Notes under the pieces: generated by a model
Seen by the model: the letters and a program-made list of their open reading frames with translations, nothing else
The model's database searches: none
Told to the model about the DNA's origin: nothing
NCBI GenBank assembly: GCA_965644315.1
Contig: CBFFRQ010000039.1
Coordinates: 124,001 to 188,000, forward strand
Origin: Caecitellus pseudoparvulus
Taxonomy: Eukaryota; Protista; Bigyra: Bicosoecida
Reading direction: 5' to 3'
DNA: 64,000 nt
Program-made: the position numbers and the translations under genes
Shown: positions 22,658 through 32,938 of the stretch, piece by piece
How positions within the stretch are numbered: position 1 is the first letter of the stretch
Layout of the letters: each line of letters begins with the position of its first letter

Positions 22658-23569
22658 GATGCTAGCGAAAGGCGGCGGCAAACGCTCAATGACAAAGCTT
22701 GAGTCGTGGTGAACAATTCATGTGGGTCACCCAGTGCGCTGCTGCTGGAAGGCGGGTCAGGGAGGCCAGCGTGGTGCAATGTCAAGCCTCGACGTGTTGG
22801 CAGCTGGCCCTCCTGCTCAGAGCCCTGTCCACCCCTCCCAAGGCGGAGAACGTCTTGGCAAATAGAAAGATACGCATGTGAAGCGTCGGTGTGTCACAGT
22901 TTCAGGCATTGGTGGCGCAGCGTCGTCCCGGTGGCGGAGGCTGATGCTTGCATCTGGGCGAGCGGAAAGAATGCCGTGCAGCGTGCCCCACGCCTTTGGC
23001 AGGCCACTCTCTCGCACAGAGGGCGCAGCGGAAATCAAAGAATCGAGCATGAAAGTCACAGTTTGCCCCGGAAATGGGGCGTTCGACGCTTGTGGGGGAT
23101 GAACGGGGACCCGAAGGAATTCACCCAATTTCCGCCGCTGGCTCGGCGCCGACGCGTGGGAGGTCAGTCCCAAGTGGACGATAGGCCGTATTGGACCAAA
23201 GCAAGTTCAATCCTCATACCATGACTATCTATGCCGCTGATGTGCGCGCGAAGAAAAGTCTTGCCGTGACCTGAACGGGTCCAAACCCGCCCCAGCCGAC
23301 GAAAGCCAGAGTGAGCCACACCAAGCGGTCTCGCACTCGTTCAAGCGCGGGAGCTTGGAGGTGTGCTGGCACCTTCCATGGCAACAGTCGATTCCATTGA
23401 GAAGAATGCACACATTCTCGCGTGTTGAGCTGCTGGGGCAAGGGGTTGTGTTTTGTGCCTGCTCCAGGCAGAGTGCACCGCCGAAGCCACCGCTCGCAGG
23501 ACAGCACCAAGCCAACCACCGCCCACAAGCAGCCGACGAAGCAGCAGGCCACATGCAAGCCCGATGGGG

Positions 23570-26066
23570 CTACTGCAGGGCAGCATCCAGGTCCGCAAAT
23601 GCCCTGGACACGCTGTAGTTCCGGGGGCCTGATGCGGCAGCCCGCCGTCGCTTGGACGTGCGTCGCGGCGAATCGCTCCGCCCCGAGTAGGCGAAAGCTG
23701 CCAGGGCAGAGACGTCCATGGAGCCAGTGGGCGCCGCATCCCTGCGTCGGCGACGTCGGCCTCCCACAGGCACGGCATCGGAGTCGGTGGAAGCATCGTC
23801 GGGGGTGGGCTGCCTGCGTGTGGCGCTTCGGTTGCGACCAGCTGCCCACCAGTCCCCCCCTCCCAGCATGCGCGATTGGCGGGCTAGGCTGCGTTGCCGG
23901 CGTTCCGCCGCTGCTTCGGCTGCGCGCAGTTGGTCTGCAGCGTCTTGCAAGGCGCTGGTGAGCTGCGTGCACTGGGCTGGTGTCAGGGCCGCTGCCCACT
24001 TGGGGACGGCTTCGCCCTCTCCCTCGCCGCCCTGCAGGCACTTAATCAGCTGCAGCAAGTCCTCCTTCCCCACTGCCAGCACCTCGCAGTGCACGTTTCC
24101 CGCGCCATGCAGCTGTGGCGGCACTGCGCCATGCAGCTCCATGCGCAGCCAGGCGGGCAGTGCGCCTCTGTGGTGCAGCAACACTGTGGCAACCAGGTCC
24201 CGCCGTTCCGCAGCCGTGAACGCGCCTGGGTGTTCTGGACCGTACTCCAGCCTCGTCGCGTCGGCCAGGCCCACTCGCACTGCCACCTGCATCAGCTCCC
24301 GCTGCAACAACGCCCGGCGTGCTCGGGACAGTTTCCGCTCCACTTCCCGTTCGGATGGCTGTGGCGGCGTGGCAGCGGCCGAGGAGGGTGCCGCCTGGGC
24401 GCGACTCGGCGGCAGTCTGGCACCGCCTTTGCCGGCTGAGCCAGGGCGTGTCATGAAGGCCAGCAGGGTGCCTTTGGCAGACAGGTCAGCGGTAGGCGCC
24501 CCTGCCCCTGCTGATGCTTCAGGTGCCGACTCAGCAGCAGCCTCGCTGTCTGGGCTGGAGGGTGTTCCCACACTGCTTGCACTGCTTGCGGTGGTTGTGG
24601 TCGGCTGGGGTGTGTGTGGCGCGAAGGCGGAGGCGAGGGTGGCGGCTTGTGCTGCTCGCAGTGGACTGGTCAGCACCTCTCCCGTCTCACTCCGCCAACG
24701 CCCCACGCGCACACACCCCGCGTGGTCTGCCAACACCATGTACGCCCAGCCCTGTCCATCCACGACGGCTGCGTGGTCTGCGCGGCGCAAGGCGGAGAAG
24801 GAGCCTTGTCCGAGGGCCAGCCCCGACATCACCTGGACATCACCGCCGTCCGCCCCCTGCAGCCCAAAGGGCCCCTCAGCCCCACCGCCCGGCAACGCAG
24901 CGGCCACGGCAGCCTGCACGGAAGTCTCTGCGTCTTGCAGAGCTGCGACCGCCGACGCGACCTTGCGCTTGCCTGCGACCGCCTGCAGTCCGCCAGCTGC
25001 CGCGACCACTGCGTCGTACTTGTCACGAGCCTCCTGACAGGCCTGCATGGCGGCTAGAACAGCTTTCACCTTGCCGTGCATGAGCAATTGCGCCTCTAGC
25101 AGGGCTCGGAGGATGGCCAGGCGCATGGGCGTGGGGGTGGTGTGCCAGGTCCACGCCCCCTCCTCCAGCGGCACGCCCACAGTCTCCTGCAGCCCCTCGA
25201 ACAGGTAGTCGTGGGCGTCGTCCGTTAAAATGCGCACCAGTGGTGCATGCCACGTGGTATCCCTGCAACGGCAGCGGAGCGGGGGTGTGTGTGCGCGAGT
25301 GGGGTGCGAGGCAGCGCCGAATGCAGCAGGAATGCTTGCGGTGCGATGTGGCGATGTGGCGATGTGGCAATGCGGTACGCACGTCCACGTGCGGCGGCCC
25401 ACGACGGCCTGCACCAGGCGCTGCACCATCAGACGCCACATGACGTTGTGTTTGCTGGGGTGCACGAGGGCTTCCTCCAAACTCTGCGGAGTGCGGGGCG
25501 CGTGGTGTCCGGAGCGGTACGTCGCGGCCAGCCTGCGACCGGGTACGCACTGCGAGGGACATGTGCGGCAGGCGCAGGGTGTGCCCCATGGCCTGGATCA
25601 GTCGCACACACGCCCAGTAGTCCACGTTGGACAGCACGGTGCGTCGAATGGTGGCCTGGGTGCTGGCAGGCAGCGCCACGTCGCCTGACACTTCGGGCGA
25701 GCTGCTCTGCTTTGCATCGCCGGCAGGCGCCTCGGGCTGGGGTTCACCCCCTTCCTGCGCCACAGAAAGATCCGATGAGTCGGAAATTGAATCCGCTGCC
25801 ACGTGTGGTGCTGGATCCTGCGAGCTGCCTTCGCCCGACGATTCAACAGTGGGAGCCGCGCGTCTCAAATTCCGCGCTGCGGCCACCTCAGCCCGTTGCA
25901 ACTCGTACGCCACAGCCCGCGCAGCAGCAGCCTCCCGAGCCTCCTCCTCTGCCTTCCACCGCTCCTCCTCACTATCTGTCGTCTCGCTGTCAAAGACAGA
26001 CGATGCGCCCGAGGCGCTGCTGGTGTCGGAGGCGTCTTCGGCGCTGAAGGAGCTGCTGGACGCCAT
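23570..26066 (-). CDS. DDT/WHIM1-like chromatin protein (ISWI accessory subunit-like), probably 3 exons
   Basis: Introns 25484-25550 (67 nt) and 25263-25382 (120 nt, in frame), both GTGCGT..CAG. DDT-like YWACVRLIQAMGHTLRLPHMSLASLEEAL, WHIM1-like WHTTPTPMRLAILRALLEAQL and WSD-like VVDGQGWAYMVL. The N-terminus is acidic and the C-terminus basic and NLS-like. Confidence 0.65.
25343..25374. repeat. Intronic 8-nt tandem repeat (GCGATGTG)x3 plus a degenerate copy
   Basis: gcgatgtg gcgatgtg gcgatgtg gcaatgcg read directly from the sequence, inside predicted intron 25263-25382. Confidence 0.8.
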
Positions 26067-26436
26067 GTCGCTGACTGCTGTCACCGCTGTGAACGTGGAA
26101 GCAGGGGTGCATCTTCCGCAGCACAAGGAAGTACAACGTAGCGATCGGCAGGTTTTTGGCGGCGTGAGTGTCGCGCCGTGTGTGTCGCGCCGTGTGTGTC
26201 GCGAGCGGTGCTCGGGGAAGTGCACCGCTGTGCACTGGCCAAGTGCAGCGCCCGGCTTCCACCAGAAGCACTGTCTGCGCGCTAAAATCCCAAGCACGGC
26301 GACCAACCACTTACGTTGTGGAATGGGAGTATCACGAGCAGTGGCAAACCCCTGGCGCCGACCCAGGCTTGCGTTTGAATCAGCTCTGCCAGCCGCCCAG
26401 CCACTGCGGTAGTCCTTGTAGCCAGCACTGTGCGCC

Positions 26437-27657
26437 ATGCCGCTGTTGTGGGACGGCGCCCAGCGAGCACCAGTGGGTCTGCATGAAGCTCAGTACTTTG
26501 TTGCACCGGGGTGGTGCGGTACGCCCGCGGTGGGGCAGCAGTTGGTTGTGGCGTCGTGGGTGGTGGGGGGCAGCTTGCCAGCCGGGCCAGTGCACTTGTT
26601 CTGTGGCATGCCACAAGGCGCCGAGATGGTTGGTGCGGGGCTCAGTGAAGGCGCTTGCCAATTGTTCCAGTTGCTAGAGGGGGGCATGTTTCCCACCACA
26701 GTCTCTGCTGAAGCGGCTGGGGCCGCTCACAAGCCTGGACACCACATGGTAACGCCAGCGAAACGCGCCCGAGAGGACTGCGAGGTGGTGCCCCTGCCCT
26801 GGACAGAGGAAGGCGGGTCGATGCAGGCCCTATACGATTCTCTTGGACTTGACTCAGGCGCTGTGCAGTGTTTGCATGCCATGAGCGAAGGCGTGTCGTC
26901 AGCTCTCGCGCCTGGTGTCGCGTTGGCACCCATTGCGCTGCGACTGCAGGTGCCGTCACGCCCCACACCAGCCGCAGCAGCCACCGCTGCAGAGGGCGAG
27001 ACACCTTCCAGTGCCGGCTTGGCAGGTAGTCTTGCAGTGCCATCAGATGGGGCCGATGCACCTGCTGCGCCCCCACTTCGGCTGACTGTGCTGCTGCAGT
27101 GCCCGTTGCTGCGTTGGTGTCCGGAGTCAAGCCCTGGCAGCGCCAGCACCGCCCAGGCCGCTGCCGAGAGCGGCTTGTTCGTTCCCAGCGCCCCCTTTCC
27201 ATCGCCAGAGACAGTGGACAGCGACACTCTCGTGTGGAAGGCTTCCGTTTACAGTGTGGGGACGGTGCGGTGTGCAGGCTGGCCGGGCGGAGGCAAGGCG
27301 CCCTCTGATGCGTTACAGGAGATGCGGAGGCGTTTCGCGAGCGGCTCCATGCGGCGCATCGTGCAGCCGTACCTGCAGTGGGATGCCGAGGGGCGCTGTG
27401 CAGTGGCACGGGCGTTGGAGGCGCTTGTCGCTGGCTTGGCAGGGGGAGGTGAGGGGGGGGTCGCACAGGTGCCACGCCTGGAGGCCACAGGTGAGGGTGC
27501 CTCTGGCTCCATGGCCACGTCTGGCACTGTGTACATGGCGGAGGAGGGGGATGTGAGGCACAAGCGTGTGGCGTTGGGGCCGTGCCACAACTTGGTGCTG
27601 CAGCTGGAGGGGGGTGGCGAGGACCCCTTTACCCCCCCCTCACACCCCTCAGCCTGA
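26437..27657 (+). CDS. Hypothetical protein
   Basis: 406-aa ORF; the start could be 26437 or 26686. Contains mixed alpha/beta-looking segments (PLRLTVLLQCPLL, LVWKASVYSVG, HNLVLQLEG). No family recognised. Confidence 0.55.
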   Translation: MPLLWDGAQRAPVGLHEAQYFVAPGWCGTPAVGQQLVVASWVVGGSLPAGPVHLFCGMPQGAEMVGAGLSEGACQLFQLLEGGMFPTTVSAEAAGAAHKPGHHMVTPAKRAREDCEVVPLPWTEEGGSMQALYDSLGLDSGAVQCLHAMSEGVSSALAPGVALAPIALRLQVPSRPTPAAAATAAEGETPSSAGLAGSLAVPSDGADAPAAPPLRLTVLLQCPLLRWCPESSPGSASTAQAAAESGLFVPSAPFPSPETVDSDTLVWKASVYSVGTVRCAGWPGGGKAPSDALQEMRRRFASGSMRRIVQPYLQWDAEGRCAVARALEALVAGLAGGGEGGVAQVPRLEATGEGASGSMATSGTVYMAEEGDVRHKRVALGPCHNLVLQLEGGGEDPFTPPSHPSA

Positions 27658-27803
27658 GCCGAGCACATGAAGGACGCGAAACACACACGAAGCAATGTAC
27701 ATTGATATTGGACGTGATCGGGTCTGCTGCCTAGGTCCATGTGGCAGGTGCCTGGCGCGACCCAGCCAGGCCGCGAAAACCGCAGCACGTCGCTGCGACC
27801 ACC

Positions 27804-30800
27804 ATGTCTGAGTCGGACGACGACAGCGACGCTGGCGGCGCGGGGGTCGGCGCAGGGCAGGGCGTGGACCGTTTCACCGACCTCCTGCACCCCACTGGGC
27901 CAGATGGCGCGTTCGTGCCGCCCACTATGGTGGATGCAGACACTCGCGTGCACTGCGTGGTGTGGGCGAAGGAGTCGCCCAGCACGGACATGCTGAAGCA
28001 GTGGCGGGCCCTGCGCGCCATGACGCAGGGGCACATCATGCTGACCGTGTTCCGACAAATCGGCCACGTGTTGGCGGCGGTTCGCGATCCCCGTTGCCGT
28101 GTGGCGGCCATGCTGCTGGACTTGCAAGATGGGCCTGCTGAGGTGCTGCAAGTGCTGGCAGCGGTGCGGGGTGCGGGGGGGCTGCTGCCCACGCTGCTCC
28201 TGGTGCGTTCCCTCGGGGACATGTCTGATGCGTTACGCAAGGCTGCCCAGGAGGCCATGGCGCTGGGCGCGTCTCAGCTGGTGGAGCGCCCGTCATCACA
28301 GGGCGACCTGTTCGTGTTGGCACGGCGGGTGGCAACCCTCGTGAACCGCCACGCCAAGGCAGACATCGTGTTCAACCAGATTCGCAGCAGTACAGGTGTG
28401 GGCAGTGGCGCCCGCCTCTCCCGCAGGCACTTGGAGGCATGGCGTGCAGGGCAGGGGGGGGACCCCGCCGCCGCCACACCCGCCCCAGCTCCAGTCATGG
28501 ATGGGGGGGTGTCGGAGGCACTGGCTGTGCAGGTGGGGCGCGGCCTCATGCGCCAGCCAGTGCACGGGCGGGGACCAGCCCACTCTGCTCGCCAGGGAAC
28601 CGCCTCCTCTGCCGGCCGCAGTGCCACACCACCCGCAGCCTCCACGCCGCTGGCACCCCAGCGACTAGCGGAGCTGGCTGCCTCAGCAGCTGGGCGCTGG
28701 ACATCTGCCGAGCAGAAAGTGGACGGGTCAGTGGTGACGCAAGAGGTGCAGGCTGCGCAGAAGGCGGTGTCTGTGCACAGCGTGGGGGGTGACTTCGGCA
28801 TTGCCGCCCGTGGGGCAGCGGCGTACACAGACCAGCTGCTGTTTCCACAGCTGGCGGGGGCGCAGGGGTCTGCTGGGGGCACCAACGGCGATGCAAGGAA
28901 CGAAGATGAGCCCTCTGACGCGTATCAGAGTGTCATCTTGGCTGCCCTGGCTGGGCAGGGGGAGGAAGTGGTGACGGCGGCGCCTGCGGAGCCGGACACC
29001 GAGGAGGGGCGGGAGTCAGGGCGGTGGGGTGGCGACGAGGGGGACAGTCACTTGGATGCATGGGGTGTGGGGGGTGCTGGGACGCGGGGTGCCTTTCCCT
29101 CGTTGGATGCGGAGTGGGTCAGTCCGCACCGGGTGCGTGCGGTGCGGAAATTGAGGGTGGTGCACCACGATGCTCTGGCGCGCGGCGTGCGGCGCACATC
29201 CCTCACTGGCAACTTCACCACCCCCCTGAGCAGTCCTTTCCTCGCGTCCAAAGGAAGCAGCATGCCTGTCAGTGCAGGCATGACTGTACTTCCCCGGCAC
29301 GCTGCCAGCACTTCCAGCCTGCATGTGCCGCGTGGTCCAGGCGCCGGCATCCTGCACAGCCTGGCGGCCTCTGGACGGCTGCTGCGCACTGCAGAGTCCA
29401 TGCCTGGCCTGGCTGCCCGACACCAAGTCACAGGCGTGCTGGGGCACACGCTTACGTCCACCGCCTCTGGCAAGGGGCGAGGTGGAGAGGAGGGGGCGGC
29501 CTCCCCTCCGCCGGACAGCTCCCTGGACCTGCTGGGGGAGGAGGGCCCCCGCACCCCCCGCGGTGGGGCCGCATCCCCTGCTTCCGAAGAGGACACAGTG
29601 CAGCTGCCACTGTCCGCATCCATGGCCTTCGCTTCTGCCATCACTCGCTCTGCAGCCCAGCGCGCACTGGCAGCCTCCCAGCGGCGGCGCGCAGCCGGGC
29701 AGGCCTTCACAGTGAAGTCCACAGACGGTGTGGATATGAGCACTGCGTGGATGGGGTGGATGGGCTTCGACCTGCTCAAGGGCAGCGCCCTGTGGCCCTC
29801 CATCCAGTCCGTGTCCCCCTTCTCCTCCGCCTTCAAGTGGCTGCAGCGAGGACTGGGCGCCACACTCACGCACACCGCGCCAGCAAGCGGCGGCACGCGC
29901 AGTGAAGGGGACACGCCCCAGTCAAGCATGGTGGCGTCCGCCGTGTCTGGTCTGACTGGTCTGGACTCCAGCTCCAGCACGGCCGCCCTGGCAGCTGCCG
30001 CAGCGGCTCAGGGCGGCGGAGGGCACGGCGCAGTGCGTGGTGCGGTGACGGTGGATGCCGACGCCATGACACCACAGGCCGAGGCCTCTGCCCTGGCATC
30101 GTTCAAGGCGGCAGTGCGTGTGGATGCCAAGTGTGCCGTGGCACACCACCTGCAAGGCGTCGTGTTGCTGGGGCTGGGCCGGTTTGACGAGGCGCTGGCA
30201 GCGCTGCACAGGTGTCTGGCACCGGACCCCAGCGCACCGGGTGGAGGGCAATTTCCGCAGTCTGTCCTGCCTCCAGGCACACACGCCGCGGCCCTGGCTC
30301 GGTATGGACTGGCGCCCCCCGCCCACATCGTCGTGCGCCTGACGCAAGCTCTGTGGCAAGAGGGTGCCTCCCGCCCCCCCCCTCCCAAGCGCAGGGGGCC
30401 AAAGGGTAAGGTGCGGCGCAAACAGGGCATTTCACCGGCGGCACGTGCCGCGGCACTGCCCCGCACAGTGGGCCCATCGGGACACGTGCTGACTCCGCAG
30501 CCCACCCGCCTCGGGCTGGATTCGGGTGTCAGTTGGCAGCCCCCTGAAGTGGTGGCCCTGGCTCTGTACAACCGAGCCCTTGCCAGGTGTGCGCTGGGTG
30601 ACTTGCTGCTGGCTTTGGATGACACGGCCGGCTGTCTGCAGCTGGAGCCACACCACCCACCCGCCCTCCGGCTGCGGGCCATGCTGAGGCGCAGGGAGGG
30701 GAACTTCTCTGGCGCTGTGCAGGACTACACAGCTGCCGTGAGCGCGGGAGCGCAGGGCCCTTCACACCGCAGGGGGTCTGGCGTGGGGCATGTTGGGGCG

Positions 30801-32780
30801 CCCCGCCAGATCCCAAGCGCAGCAAGCACGTCGGCGCCAGGAGCGGCGTTTCCTGGAGGCAGCCCAAGCGAGGCAGAGGGCGCCCGACGCACACGAGAGC
30901 AGCTGAAACACTTGCGAGAGCTGTCTACGCTGTTCAAACCTGGCAGCCGTGTCGCAGGCATGCTGGGGCTGGACCAGGCAGCAGCTGCACTGCGCGGAAG
31001 TGAGGATGGCGCTCACGACGCCGCTGTGCAGCGGCTGCAAGCCGCCCTCACGGCTGAGGGGGCGTGGCCATCACCCATGACAGTCAACAAACCCGTGGCA
31101 GCGGGAGGAACGCCAGCTATCAATCTGGTGCTGGCGCAAGAGCAAGAGTACGCTCGAAAACTCACCGTGCCCAATGCCGGCTCCCCGGCAAAGCCGTCGA
31201 GACAGGTGCACGACGGGGCAGCGTCACCACCCACGACGCCGGCCGCAGGACACCATGGCGGGCCCCAAGGCGTCTTGGCGACCATGTTCCAGCGGGAGTT
31301 GGGGCAGGCGGTACACGCTGATTCGCTGGCAGGCAGCGGAGAGAGTCAGGAGGCTGCGCTTTCACCAGCCCTCCCAGCTGAGCAGCAGCAAGGAGACTCG
31401 CCGCGCGCCCAAGCGGTTGAAGCCCTGGGCGGCACAAAACACTCCCTGGATCAAGTGCTGACGGGCTTGACAGACGTGTTCTCGTCTGTCATGTGCACGA
31501 ACACGGAGCTTGTGAGCGCCCTGGCACACCGTTGCAACCGGCGACCCAGCGCAGCCACACGCATCATCAAGTCAGCCCTGTCCCCGCTCATCTGGTTCCG
31601 GCGCCTGCAGCCTGGCGTGCAAGAGGACTTCGCCCAGCGTGTGTCCCGGCGCACATTTCCGCACGGCGCCACCGTCATTGCTGAGCGAGCGCCTATGCCG
31701 TTCTTCCTCGTCGTCATGTCGGGCGCAGCCACAGTGAAGGTGAACGTCGCAGACGCAGATGTGGCCGTCGGGAAGCTGGGTGCAGGGGATATTTACGGGC
31801 ACTTGTCTCTGCTCTTTGGCGCCTCGCGCACACTGACCATCGTGGCGGCCGGCACGCTGGAAGTGCTGACGCTGCCCGCCGTGGACTTCATGTCCATGCG
31901 CCTGGACCGCGTGTTCAACCAGCACTTGTCAGATACCGTGGCCATTTTCCGCAGCACTGGCGCCTTTGACTCGTTCTCAGACGAGGAGTTGCAGAAGCTG
32001 GCGTCCACTGCCACCCTGCGTGCTTTCGCGAAGGGCAGCACGGTGCTGAGGCAGGGAGCTTTGCCCAGCTCGCTGTGTGTGCTCACACGGGGTATTCTGC
32101 GTGTGACCAAGGACACCAATGTCATTTCCGACCTGCAGCGCCTCATGGGGGAGGCACAGGCCCGCATCAAGTCGTTGCTGCAAGGCGCCACATTCCACTC
32201 TTCCATGCGCCACGGGGCCAAGCTGGCCTTCGCGCAGGCCCAGCCAGACGGGGGCACAGTGGCGTCAGTACTGCACGAAGCAAGTGACGGCGCCCAGCCT
32301 GCCGATGCCTCACATCACGTCGCCGCGCCGGAGCTGAAGGAGGCCCTGCTGCCCACGGCAGTGCAAGCGGAGGTGGCGCAGCTTCGGGAGCGGGTGCAGC
32401 AGCTGCAAGAGCGCCAAGACAGCCTGCGCAAAGAGTTTGCAGGCAGTGCTGAGCGAGAGAGCATGCTGCGACGCAGTGTGATGCTGGAACGAGCCCTGCC
32501 ACCCTTCCTCTTTGGCGAGGCGGCCGTGCTGGAGCCATGGAGCGGTCTGGAGCCTGGCAACGTCATTGCTGATACGTATGTGGAGGTGCTGCAGGTGTCC
32601 AGGTCAGCGCTGCCACACCACTACTTCAATCGGGAGAGAAGGGAAGCGCTCAAGGCCAAGGCTATGCAGTGGCCCCGTGATGACACGGTGCTTCTGCAGC
32701 GCTTCCTGCACCAGCAGGAGTGGCAGCAGTACAAGCAGGGTGTGGTGGCATCCAGCAAGGGGCCAGCCTCTGCAGACTGA
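27804..32780 (+). CDS. Multidomain signalling protein: pseudo-receiver (REC) domain, TPR repeats and two cyclic-nucleotide-binding domains
   Basis: REC-like AMLLDLQ..LPTLLLV..AMALGASQLVERP at ~27940-28340. TPRs AVAHHLQGVVLLGLGRFDEALAALHRCL and ALYNRALARCALGDLLLALDD..LQLEPHHPPALRLRAML. CNBDs FPHGATVI..FFLVVMSG..GDIYGHLSL..RT and FAKGSTVLRQG..LCVLTRG..FGEAAVL. Confidence 0.8.
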   Translation: MSESDDDSDAGGAGVGAGQGVDRFTDLLHPTGPDGAFVPPTMVDADTRVHCVVWAKESPSTDMLKQWRALRAMTQGHIMLTVFRQIGHVLAAVRDPRCRVAAMLLDLQDGPAEVLQVLAAVRGAGGLLPTLLLVRSLGDMSDALRKAAQEAMALGASQLVERPSSQGDLFVLARRVATLVNRHAKADIVFNQIRSSTGVGSGARLSRRHLEAWRAGQGGDPAAATPAPAPVMDGGVSEALAVQVGRGLMRQPVHGRGPAHSARQGTASSAGRSATPPAASTPLAPQRLAELAASAAGRWTSAEQKVDGSVVTQEVQAAQKAVSVHSVGGDFGIAARGAAAYTDQLLFPQLAGAQGSAGGTNGDARNEDEPSDAYQSVILAALAGQGEEVVTAAPAEPDTEEGRESGRWGGDEGDSHLDAWGVGGAGTRGAFPSLDAEWVSPHRVRAVRKLRVVHHDALARGVRRTSLTGNFTTPLSSPFLASKGSSMPVSAGMTVLPRHAASTSSLHVPRGPGAGILHSLAASGRLLRTAESMPGLAARHQVTGVLGHTLTSTASGKGRGGEEGAASPPPDSSLDLLGEEGPRTPRGGAASPASEEDTVQLPLSASMAFASAITRSAAQRALAASQRRRAAGQAFTVKSTDGVDMSTAWMGWMGFDLLKGSALWPSIQSVSPFSSAFKWLQRGLGATLTHTAPASGGTRSEGDTPQSSMVASAVSGLTGLDSSSSTAALAAAAAAQGGGGHGAVRGAVTVDADAMTPQAEASALASFKAAVRVDAKCAVAHHLQGVVLLGLGRFDEALAALHRCLAPDPSAPGGGQFPQSVLPPGTHAAALARYGLAPPAHIVVRLTQALWQEGASRPPPPKRRGPKGKVRRKQGISPAARAAALPRTVGPSGHVLTPQPTRLGLDSGVSWQPPEVVALALYNRALARCALGDLLLALDDTAGCLQLEPHHPPALRLRAMLRRREGNFSGAVQDYTAAVSAGAQGPSHRRGSGVGHVGAPRQIPSAASTSAPGAAFPGGSPSEAEGARRTREQLKHLRELSTLFKPGSRVAGMLGLDQAAAALRGSEDGAHDAAVQRLQAALTAEGAWPSPMTVNKPVAAGGTPAINLVLAQEQEYARKLTVPNAGSPAKPSRQVHDGAASPPTTPAAGHHGGPQGVLATMFQRELGQAVHADSLAGSGESQEAALSPALPAEQQQGDSPRAQAVEALGGTKHSLDQVLTGLTDVFSSVMCTNTELVSALAHRCNRRPSAATRIIKSALSPLIWFRRLQPGVQEDFAQRVSRRTFPHGATVIAERAPMPFFLVVMSGAATVKVNVADADVAVGKLGAGDIYGHLSLLFGASRTLTIVAAGTLEVLTLPAVDFMSMRLDRVFNQHLSDTVAIFRSTGAFDSFSDEELQKLASTATLRAFAKGSTVLRQGALPSSLCVLTRGILRVTKDTNVISDLQRLMGEAQARIKSLLQGATFHSSMRHGAKLAFAQAQPDGGTVASVLHEASDGAQPADASHHVAAPELKEALLPTAVQAEVAQLRERVQQLQERQDSLRKEFAGSAERESMLRRSVMLERALPPFLFGEAAVLEPWSGLEPGNVIADTYVEVLQVSRSALPHHYFNRERREALKAKAMQWPRDDTVLLQRFLHQQEWQQYKQGVVASSKGPASAD

Positions 32781-32938
32781 CGTTGTCGACACAATCCAGC
32801 AAGCACTCTCACCATCGCACTCGTCGCACACGCCCCAGATCTGCTCTGGTGAGGCGCTGCAGCCGTTCTCCTCCAGCTCTCTGCTTTTGTTGGCAGGCAA
32901 CGCTGCAAATTCCGCAGGCTGTCCCTCAAAACTGTGCC

